From contig CAIOPO010000061.1 of NCBI GenBank assembly GCA_903860195.1, positions 1 through 60,897 on the forward strand: DNA of 60,897 bases, in the 5' to 3' direction. Shown piece by piece: positions 17,306 to 24,898 of this stretch. Position 1 is the stretch's first letter. The number at the start of each line of letters is the position of its first letter. The position numbers and the translations under genes were made by a program. The DNA is from an uncultured Opitutia bacterium. GTDB taxonomy: Bacteria; Verrucomicrobiota; Verrucomicrobiia; Opitutales; UBA953. Under the pieces are notes generated by a model. It was not told the DNA's origin and did no database searches. It saw only the letters and a program-made list of their open reading frames with translations.

Positions 17306-18132
17306 GGATCGGGGCCGTGATCCTGGCGTTCTGCGCCGCGGGTCTTGCCGCGGAAGAGAAGCCCGTCCTGGCGGACGTCCTTTCGGTCGATCGCAAGGCC
17401 ATGACGGCACAGGTGCGGCCCGTGGAAGGCGCGGCCGAACAGCAGGTCATTTTCGGCGAAGCCGACGCCGCGATCGGCTGGGCGGGACGCCGCATCCGCT
17501 ATGTGCCCGTGCGGCAGGGCGACAGGGTCCGCGCGGACCGGATCTTTCCTGCGGACGCCGAGGAGCTGCGCAGGATGAAGGAGACCACCGACACGTTGCG
17601 CCGTCTCACCGCCGACCGCGGCCGGATGGTCACGCGGATGCCGACCGAGCTCGTGCCCGACATGGCCCTCTGGAACCAGGACGGCAAGGTCGTCACCAAG
17701 CGGGACCTGCTGGGCCGCCCCTTCGTGCTCAACTTCGTCTTCACCAGCTGCCGGAACGCCAAGATGTGCCCCGCCGCCACGCGCTGCATGAAGCAGCTGG
17801 GCGACGCCTTGGATAAGTCGGGCTCAGAGGTCAGGCTGGTCACCATCTCCTTCGATCCCGAAGTCGACTCGCCGGGCACCCTGCGCGCTTACGCCGACGG
17901 GTATGGCATCGACGGCCGCCGGCATCTCTTCCTCACCGGCGACGAGGGCCAGATCCGCGACCTCATGCGCCAGTATGGCATCCTTACGGCCGAGTCGGAC
18001 GGCACCATCGTGCACAACGCCGCCACGCTCGTCGTCAGCGCCGAGGGCAGGATAGTGCGGCGCTTTGAGGGCGCCACGTTTGACGCGGAGCAGATCCTGC
18101 AGTCCTTGTCCTCCCTGCGGAGCGCACGATGA
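17302..18132 (+). CDS. SCO1/SenC-family copper chaperone / thiol-disulfide protein (C-x5-C variant) with N-terminal extension
   Basis: The GTG at 17302 forms a GTGA overlap with the ppx stop and gives the signal/anchor VRIGAVILAFCAAGLAA. Thioredoxin-fold motif FVLNFVFTSCRNAKMCP. Distal His in DGTIVHNAATLVV. The listed start at 17215 overlaps ppx and looks non-coding. Confidence 0.8.
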   Translation: MRIGAVILAFCAAGLAAEEKPVLADVLSVDRKAMTAQVRPVEGAAEQQVIFGEADAAIGWAGRRIRYVPVRQGDRVRADRIFPADAEELRRMKETTDTLRRLTADRGRMVTRMPTELVPDMALWNQDGKVVTKRDLLGRPFVLNFVFTSCRNAKMCPAATRCMKQLGDALDKSGSEVRLVTISFDPEVDSPGTLRAYADGYGIDGRRHLFLTGDEGQIRDLMRQYGILTAESDGTIVHNAATLVVSAEGRIVRRFEGATFDAEQILQSLSSLRSAR

Positions 18133-18989
18133 ACCCTGCCTGGAAAGGCACCACTCTCCTGACTCTGGCCGCCCTGGGCGGTTTCGCGGCCCTGCGCCTT
18201 CTTCCCGACACGCAGTGCACGCTTCTGCACGCCTCGCATGAGCCCGTCGTGCTCGACGGGGCCGAGTATTGCGGCGTCAACGAACAGGCGAATTACTATT
18301 CTCCGGCCGCGCTCAAGTTCCCCGTTTCGGCGGCCATGCGGCTGGACGCATCGGGCGGTGAGCTGACGCTGCTGTCCGAGGGAGACCGCCCCGTCCTAGG
18401 ACATGAGGTCGCCGTCTCCCATACGCGGCAGGTCCATCTTCATCTGCGACAGGAGGGAGGCGTGGGCGCCTATGCGCACGTGCATCCCGCGCCCACCGAC
18501 GACGGTCGCTGGCGTTTCGACATCCCGGCCGAGTTCAGGGCGGCGGCCGCAGGATCCAAGATACGCGCCTTCGTCGACTTCGTCCCGGTGCGGACCCGTC
18601 GAACGATGCTCGCGGAATGTTCCGCGATGCTCCCGGGCAGCCCGTCCGGCGACCCCGTTACGCCGGTGACCAAGGTCATCCTCGAACGCGACAAGTTCGT
18701 AGCGGGGGAGTCCGCGACGATTCGCATCCGTCTTCACCGGGCCGATCATGCTCCCGTCCGGCTTCGCACCGTGATGGGGTCGCTGGGGCACGCGGTCGTC
18801 TTCGGCGATCAGACGATCAATCCGGGCTACGCCCACATGCACCCCTCCTGGGAGGGCGGAGAGCGCGAGAACAGCCCCGCCTTGGCTTTCCGGCTCAAGA
18901 TGCCCGGTCCCGGCATCTACGACCTGTGGCTCCACATCGACGACGGCGAGGAGCGTTACCTCCGGACGTCCTTCGAGGTCACTCCTTGA
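18129..18989 (+). CDS. Membrane-anchored hypothetical protein with two tandem His-rich domains (YAHVHP / YAHMHP); putative periplasmic metal-binding partner of SCO
   Basis: ATGA overlap with the SCO stop. N-terminal anchor (TTLLTLAALGGFAALRLL). There are two similar halves, each with a P-V...H...YAH(V/M)HP segment followed by beta-like strands. Confidence 0.55.
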   Translation: MNPAWKGTTLLTLAALGGFAALRLLPDTQCTLLHASHEPVVLDGAEYCGVNEQANYYSPAALKFPVSAAMRLDASGGELTLLSEGDRPVLGHEVAVSHTRQVHLHLRQEGGVGAYAHVHPAPTDDGRWRFDIPAEFRAAAAGSKIRAFVDFVPVRTRRTMLAECSAMLPGSPSGDPVTPVTKVILERDKFVAGESATIRIRLHRADHAPVRLRTVMGSLGHAVVFGDQTINPGYAHMHPSWEGGERENSPALAFRLKMPGPGIYDLWLHIDDGEERYLRTSFEVTP

Positions 18990-19896
18990 AGGCGCGATAC
19001 CACTCCACGGTCCGGGCCAGGCCTTCGGACAGTTCGAAAGTCGGCTTCCAGCCCGTGGCGCGCAGGCGGTCGGCCGATGCGAGCGAATGCCGCACGTCTC
19101 CCGCGCGGGGCGGCAGGTGCGTGACGGTCGAGCTTGAGCCGGTGAGACGCAGGATTTCCTGGGCGAGGTCGGCGATCGTGAGACTGCGGCCATAGCCGAC
19201 GTTGAACACGCCCTGCGCGTCGGGACGGTCGGCGACATGCGTCAGCGCTCCCACGATGTCCTTCACGTAAACGAAGTCGCGGGTCTGTCCGCCGTCTCCA
19301 TGGATCGAGATGGGTTCGCCGCGGAGCGCCTTGCGGATGAAGATCGGCACGGCCGCCGCGTAGGCCGAAGCGGGGTCCTGTCGCGGACCGAAGACGTTGA
19401 AGAAGCGAAGCGAGGCGGTCGAGAGCCCGTCCGCGGCCGCCGCCGCGAGCAGCCGTTCCCCTTCCAGCTTCGTGGCGGCGTAGGGGGACTTGGGCTCCGG
19501 GGTCATCGTCTCCACCTTCGGCACGGTCGGATTGTCGCCGTAGATGGCGGCCGAGGAGGCCAGCACGACCTTGTTCGCCCCGTGCCGGCGGGCCGCCTCC
19601 AATACCCGTCGCGTGCCTTCCACGTTGAGACGGGCGCATTCCTCGGGCCGGGAGACCGATTCGGGCACGGAGACCAGGGCGGCGAGGTGGAAGATGCGGC
19701 CTACGCCTCTGCAGGCCGTCTCAAGGGCCTCCGGATCGAGGATGGAGCCCCTGACCATGTCATGGCGCAGTCCGTCGAGGTTGCGGAGATGGCCTGAGCG
19801 CAGGTCGTCCAGCACCACGACCTCATGGTCGCGATGGAAATGTTCGACGACATGCGAGCCGATGAAGCCGGCGCCCCCCGTGACGAGGATTCTCAT
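18979..19896 (-). CDS. NAD-dependent sugar-nucleotide 4-epimerase (GalE/WbpP-like SDR)
   Basis: Rossmann motif VTGGAGFIGSH, ASSAAIYGD and catalytic YAATK. Confidence 0.85.
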   Translation of the reverse strand: MRILVTGGAGFIGSHVVEHFHRDHEVVVLDDLRSGHLRNLDGLRHDMVRGSILDPEALETACRGVGRIFHLAALVSVPESVSRPEECARLNVEGTRRVLEAARRHGANKVVLASSAAIYGDNPTVPKVETMTPEPKSPYAATKLEGERLLAAAAADGLSTASLRFFNVFGPRQDPASAYAAAVPIFIRKALRGEPISIHGDGGQTRDFVYVKDIVGALTHVADRPDAQGVFNVGYGRSLTIADLAQEILRLTGSSSTVTHLPPRAGDVRHSLASADRLRATGWKPTFELSEGLARTVEWYRAFKE

Positions 19897-21002
19897 CGGT
19901 CAAGCGAGGCGACCACGGCCCGCATGCCCTCCATCTGGTCTTCAATCGACCTGACCAGCGCGAACTGAGTCCGGCAGCGGTCGAGGTTGTGATCCGGACG
20001 CCGGACCTTGAAATAGACGTCGCCTTCAAGCCAGTCCGTGAGGAAGCGCAGGCCGATCTCCAGGGTGATCAGTTTGCCGGAGAAGGGCAGCAGTTCGCGT
20101 TCCCGCCGGGTGAGGAACCCGCCGGCCGCGGCCACGTATCCTTCCACCAGCGCCCTGAACATCGGGAGCCTCATCTCCACTTTCGACAGGTCCGTCTCGT
20201 CTTCGGCCGCGGGGGAGGTCGAAGTGCGCACGAGGTCTCCGAAATCATACAGGGCGGATCCGGGCATCACCGTGTCCAGGTCGATGACGCAGACGCCCTC
20301 GCCGGTCAGGTCGTCCAGCAGCACATTGTTGAGCTTGGTGTCATTGTGCGTGACGCGTTCCGGAATGCTCCCGTCCGCCAGCCCGTCGACGATGACGGAG
20401 ACGTCGCATTCCCGGGAGAGCGCGAATTCGATCTCGGCCCGGGCCCGGGCCGCCCGTCCGTGCGCGTCCGCCCGCAGGGCCTTGCGGAAGTTCTCAAATC
20501 GGACGGGGGTGTGGTGGAAGAACGGAATGGTCTCCTTGAGACGCTCCCCCGGGAGGTCGGCGAGCAGCGACTGGAAGGCCCCGAAAGCCCGGGCGGCCTC
20601 GCGGGCCTGGTTCTCGTCGCGGATGACGTCGTGCCCCGTGGCGCCCTCGATGAACAGGTAGCAGCGCCAATGGCCGCCCGATTCATCCTTGTGCCAGTCG
20701 CCACCGGCCCGGGTCGGCACGAGCGTCAGCGCCCGCCTTTCGGCGTCGGTCCTGCCTTCCTGCCGCAACCGAGCCTGGGCGTGGGAGCAGACGCGTGAGA
20801 CGTTGGACATCAGGCCGGGCGGATCCCTGAAGACCTTCTGATTGATCCGCTGCAGCAGGAACCTGCGTCGCCCGGTCCCTTGGCTCTGCGTGACCGCGTA
20901 GGTGTCGTTGATGTGGCCGCTCCCGTATCTTTCCGCCGAGAGGAACTCGCCGGGCAGCGCGAACGCGGAGGCGATGCGTCGGATGTCCGGCTCGGACGAC
21001 AT
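19893..21002 (-). CDS. Aminoglycoside-phosphotransferase-fold sugar anomeric kinase, N-acetylhexosamine 1-kinase (NahK)-like
   Basis: AERYGSGHINDTYAV near the N-terminus (as in NahK), catalytic loop VTHNDTKLNNVLLD and metal-binding VIDLDTVMPG. Confidence 0.65.
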   Translation of the reverse strand: MSSEPDIRRIASAFALPGEFLSAERYGSGHINDTYAVTQSQGTGRRRFLLQRINQKVFRDPPGLMSNVSRVCSHAQARLRQEGRTDAERRALTLVPTRAGGDWHKDESGGHWRCYLFIEGATGHDVIRDENQAREAARAFGAFQSLLADLPGERLKETIPFFHHTPVRFENFRKALRADAHGRAARARAEIEFALSRECDVSVIVDGLADGSIPERVTHNDTKLNNVLLDDLTGEGVCVIDLDTVMPGSALYDFGDLVRTSTSPAAEDETDLSKVEMRLPMFRALVEGYVAAAGGFLTRRERELLPFSGKLITLEIGLRFLTDWLEGDVYFKVRRPDHNLDRCRTQFALVRSIEDQMEGMRAVVASLDR

Positions 21003-21003
21003 C

Positions 21004-21909
21004 TCAGGACCAGAGGTTGGCGGGATACTCGCCGCGCGTGACCAGCGACTGGATGCTGGCCTGCACCTTGGGCTTGTCCTCGCGGTAGGTCACGCCGAAC
21101 CAGGCGGAGCCCGTGCGGAGGACCCTGCAGGACGCCTTTTGGGCGGAGACCAGCGAGCCGACGGTGATCGGGATGTAGGACTCGCTCTTGAGCTCACCGC
21201 CCTTGGCGGTAAGGAAGGCCCTGAAATCCGTCTCGAGGAGGCCGAAGATGGACGGTGCGAAGCCCCACATGTTCATCGAGACCGGTTCCTCCCCGCTGAG
21301 GGGGACCACCGTGCCGTCCTCGCCCCTGTGTTCAGCGCCCGTCGGCGTCCGGGAGATCTTGGTGAGCTCACGTATGTCGGTGAGCCTTCCGTCGGGACCG
21401 GTACGGCAGACTCCTCGGGCCACGGTGCCGTGCTCGGACAGGGTGTTCTTGAGCGTGAAACCGACCATCGAGTAATCGGTCGAACCGGGGGCCATCACGG
21501 AGAGGTCGGCGCCCAGCACGGCGTAGGAATCGCGGCCGTAGAAGTCGTCGGCGTTGATCACCGCGAAGGGCGTGCGGACCTGCTCGCGGGCGCAGAGTAT
21601 GGCATGGGTGGTGCCCCAGGGCTTCTCACGGCCGGCCGGCGGGGTGAAGCCCGTCGGAAGGCGGTCCAGCGTCTGGAAGGCGAAATCCACCTCCACCTTG
21701 TCCGTGAAGCGGGCGGCGACGCGCTCCCGGAAGTCCCGTTCGAAGTCCGGACGGATGATGAAGACCACCTTGCCGAAGCCGGCGCGGAGGGCGTCGAAGA
21801 CGGAGTAATCGAGGATGGTCTCGCCGGACGGACCCATGGGGTCGATCTGCTTGAGGCCGCCGTAGCGGCTCCCCATTCCGGCGGCCAGGACGAGCAAGGT
21901 GGGTTTCAT
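21004..21909 (-). CDS. Sugar-1-phosphate nucleotidyltransferase family protein
   Basis: N-terminal nucleotide-binding loop (LLVLAAGMGSRYGGLKQ). It is about 300 aa with a GT-A-like fold pattern. Confidence 0.75.
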   Translation of the reverse strand: MKPTLLVLAAGMGSRYGGLKQIDPMGPSGETILDYSVFDALRAGFGKVVFIIRPDFERDFRERVAARFTDKVEVDFAFQTLDRLPTGFTPPAGREKPWGTTHAILCAREQVRTPFAVINADDFYGRDSYAVLGADLSVMAPGSTDYSMVGFTLKNTLSEHGTVARGVCRTGPDGRLTDIRELTKISRTPTGAEHRGEDGTVVPLSGEEPVSMNMWGFAPSIFGLLETDFRAFLTAKGGELKSESYIPITVGSLVSAQKASCRVLRTGSAWFGVTYREDKPKVQASIQSLVTRGEYPANLWS

Positions 21910-22760
21910 CGGGAGAATTTTCGGATGCGTTCGACGACGTCGCCACGGAAGCGGTCGATGTAGGCGCAGACGTGGCCCGTGAGGTCGGCCGCGTCGTCAT
22001 GGACCAGGGGCGTGAGGTCGATGGCCCAGGCCATCGCGGACTCGCGGTCCGAGGCGTGCGCGTCGCTGAAGGTCGCGTTCGCCATGCGGCGGCCGAGCAC
22101 GGCAAGGTCGTAGCGCTTGCCGCCGGCGATCTGGGTGGCGAACACGCCGTTGATGCGTTCGGCCAGTCCCGGCGGTCCGGACACGGGCATCGGCGACTTG
22201 TCGGAGTCCACCATCCAGTCGAGATCCCGCCAGACCTCGCACCCGTAGACCGTCTTCGGACGCCGGTCCTTGGGCAGACGTCGCAGGGCCGCGAGCGAAC
22301 GGAGCAGGCACGCCACATGGGTGTCATGCTTGTCCGCGGGATTGTGCAGGTAGACGGTCTCGGGGCGGCAGGCCTCGAGCACCCTGTGGATGTCATCGAC
22401 GACCTCTTCGCGCCCCGCGTCCTTCACGGTGCGGCTGGGATGCCCCAGTTGGGCCACGAACGAATACTCGCCGATGTCGGCCGCCTTGCGCTGCTCCCGC
22501 ACGCGTTCCGCGGCGACCTGTTCGTCGGTCCAGTCCGCGTAGGGTCCGGAACGGGAACTGCCGCGCCCGTCGGTGACGATCACACCCCCGAACCAGCGGT
22601 CGGAGCGACCGTGGCAGGCGATGATCCCGTGAAATGCCATGAACTCGAGGTCGTCCTGATGGGCGCCGATTCCGAGGTGCGTGGTGCGGGAGACGGCCGC
22701 GGGGAGGGGGGTGCCGTCGGGGACGTACAGGTCGCTGGCTTCGGAAGAGAAGGGTTTCAT
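21906..22760 (-). CDS. PIG-L/LmbE-family de-N-acetylase
   Basis: GIGAHQDDLEF (variant of the AHPDDE motif), VIVTDG, and downstream His/Asp residues (HNPADKHDTH). Confidence 0.75.
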   Translation of the reverse strand: MKPFSSEASDLYVPDGTPLPAAVSRTTHLGIGAHQDDLEFMAFHGIIACHGRSDRWFGGVIVTDGRGSSRSGPYADWTDEQVAAERVREQRKAADIGEYSFVAQLGHPSRTVKDAGREEVVDDIHRVLEACRPETVYLHNPADKHDTHVACLLRSLAALRRLPKDRRPKTVYGCEVWRDLDWMVDSDKSPMPVSGPPGLAERINGVFATQIAGGKRYDLAVLGRRMANATFSDAHASDRESAMAWAIDLTPLVHDDAADLTGHVCAYIDRFRGDVVERIRKFSR

Positions 22761-24148
22761 TGCCTCGAGGTAGGGGCCAGGGATGCGGCGGCGACGGCCT
22801 GACCGTGCCTCCTGTCTCTCTCATCAGGGGCCAGCATGTCCACCCGAAGTTCGGGGAACTCCGTCGCGAGGACCCGGCGCGCGACCTCGGAGATCAGGTC
22901 ACCTCCGGAGCCCGTGGTCACCCGGCCCATGGAGAGTACCGCCTCCATGTCGTAGAAATCCACGAAATGGGCGATGGCGTAGCCGAAGGCGACACCCACG
23001 GCCTCATAGACCTTGGGCGCGCGGTCATCGCCCGCCTGCATGCGTTCCTGCAACATCTCCAGCTGCTCCGGAAGGCGCATGCCGGGAGGAGTGATGATGC
23101 CGGCGGAGGGCAGCAGCCGACCGACGGCCTGCTGGCTGAAATATTGCACCGCGCAGCCGCGGTCGCCGGACCATTCGTCGGCGGGGGCGTCGGCGCGGTA
23201 GTCGACGGGGACGAAGGCGAGCTCGCTCAGCCAGTTGGTCAGGTTGCCGGAGCGGTCGACATAGCCGGCAGCCACGCTGGTCCCCATGGCGACGCCGAGG
23301 ACGGCGTTGCGGCCGAGGGACATGGAAGCGGCGAGGGCGGTGACGTCACCGTCGTTCAGCACCTCAAACGGCACTTTCCATTCCTCCGCCAGCCGGACGA
23401 ACATTTCCTTCACGTCGCGTTCGAACACCGTGCGGTCGGTGACGCCCCGGAACAGTGAGGCGACACGCACCTTGTTGCCGATGTAGACCCCGGCCGAGGA
23501 TCCGCCGATGGCGTCCACCTTCGGAAGGTGGGCCGCGGCCCTGCGCAGGGAGTCCCGGATGCCTGCGAGATGGTAGGCGGGATCGGACTGGAAGTAGGGA
23601 TCCCATTTCACCTCCTCGGAATGCACGACCTTTCCGTCGATGACCGCCGCGCACTTGCGGTCTGAGCCGCCGAGGTCGAAGCCGATGCGGCAGCCGTCGA
23701 GATGGCGGCCGAGGGTGACGTGTGAGGTGGATTCCGGCGGAAGGGCGCCGCGGGGGACGGCCTCGAAGCGCAGTTCCGTCTCGAACAGGCGGACGTTGAA
23801 GTCGGCGTCGAAGGCCCGCGCGCCGTCGGCCGAGTAGCAGGCTGAGAGACGGCGGGCGAATTCAGGCGCGCGGGCTCCGGCGAGCAGCACTTTCGCGCCG
23901 CCCCTTGACCAGAGCAGGAATTTCACCGTGCGTTCGACATGGAGCCAGGTCTCCGCATCCAGCTTGCCTTCGGGCGGGACCAGGGTGACGAAACGGGAGG
24001 CAGTGCCGTCCGGCCGGGTGAGGCAAAGGGTGAGCTCGCCTACGCCCTTCACGGCGCGCGCCTGCCGCAGGTATTCCCTGGTCCAGAGCGAAGCCGGCAC
24101 CAGCCCCGGGTCGGCGGCAGCCACGTGCTGGGGAAGGATTTTGAGCAT
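22757..24148 (-). CDS. ASKHA-fold sugar kinase (ROK / polyphosphate-glucokinase-like) with ~150-aa N-terminal extension
   Basis: GFDLGGSDRKCAAV phosphate-1 motif, LNDGDVTALA and GVAMGTSVAAGYV. There is no ROK zinc Cys motif. The N-terminal 150 aa has no recognisable family. Confidence 0.65.
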   Translation of the reverse strand: MLKILPQHVAAADPGLVPASLWTREYLRQARAVKGVGELTLCLTRPDGTASRFVTLVPPEGKLDAETWLHVERTVKFLLWSRGGAKVLLAGARAPEFARRLSACYSADGARAFDADFNVRLFETELRFEAVPRGALPPESTSHVTLGRHLDGCRIGFDLGGSDRKCAAVIDGKVVHSEEVKWDPYFQSDPAYHLAGIRDSLRRAAAHLPKVDAIGGSSAGVYIGNKVRVASLFRGVTDRTVFERDVKEMFVRLAEEWKVPFEVLNDGDVTALAASMSLGRNAVLGVAMGTSVAAGYVDRSGNLTNWLSELAFVPVDYRADAPADEWSGDRGCAVQYFSQQAVGRLLPSAGIITPPGMRLPEQLEMLQERMQAGDDRAPKVYEAVGVAFGYAIAHFVDFYDMEAVLSMGRVTTGSGGDLISEVARRVLATEFPELRVDMLAPDERDRRHGQAVAAASLAPTSRQ

Positions 24149-24151
24149 CGC

Positions 24152-24898
24152 TCAGGAGGCGGACTGGGCGGCCGAAGCTGCGTCGAGATGGAACGTGCAG
24201 GCGGGGTGTTCCTGCAGCCATGTCGCCGGGCAGCCGGGGCCGGGCCTTTCACTGAGTGAGCGCCGGACGATGTCGGCCTTGCCGGCGCCGAAGGCCAGCA
24301 GTTCGATCCTTCGGGCGGCCAGGATGGTCGACACGCCCATCGTCAGGGCCGCCCTGGGCACGGCGGCGAGGTCGCCGAAGAAGACCGAATTGTCCTTGCG
24401 TGTCATTTCATCGAGCACGACCCGTCGCGTGCGGGATTCCCTCGGAGAAGGCGGCTCATTGAATCCGATGTGTCCCGTGCGGCCTAGTCCGAGGACCTGC
24501 AGGTCGATGCCGCCGGCGTCGGAGATGGCTCGTTCGAAGGCGCGGCACACGGCCTCGGAGTCATCGGAGGTGCCGTCGGGGACATGGGTCTGTTCCCGCG
24601 GCAGGTCGATCTGGCTGAACAGATTCTCGTCCATATATCTCCGATAGGACTGCGGATGGTCCGGCGCCAGGCCCTCGTATTCGTCCAGATTGAAGGTGAG
24701 CACGTTGGAGAAGCTGAGGCCCTCCTGCCGGTGCAGCCTGATCAGTTCCCGATAGAGGGGCAGGGGAGTCGAGCCCGTCGCCAGACCCAGCACGACCTTG
24801 CGTCCATCCGGCCTGCCACGACGGATCAGGTCGGCGATGATGCCGGCCACGGCGACGGCGGCCTTGGCCGGATCGGCGTGTACGCGCACCGAGGGCAT
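24152..24898 (-). CDS. nagB: Glucosamine-6-phosphate deaminase
   Basis: LGLATGSTPLPLY, FNLDEY and LGLGRTGHIGFNEP. Its start codon shares one nucleotide with the valS stop (TGATG). Confidence 0.9.
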   Translation of the reverse strand: MPSVRVHADPAKAAVAVAGIIADLIRRGRPDGRKVVLGLATGSTPLPLYRELIRLHRQEGLSFSNVLTFNLDEYEGLAPDHPQSYRRYMDENLFSQIDLPREQTHVPDGTSDDSEAVCRAFERAISDAGGIDLQVLGLGRTGHIGFNEPPSPRESRTRRVVLDEMTRKDNSVFFGDLAAVPRAALTMGVSTILAARRIELLAFGAGKADIVRRSLSERPGPGCPATWLQEHPACTFHLDAASAAQSAS

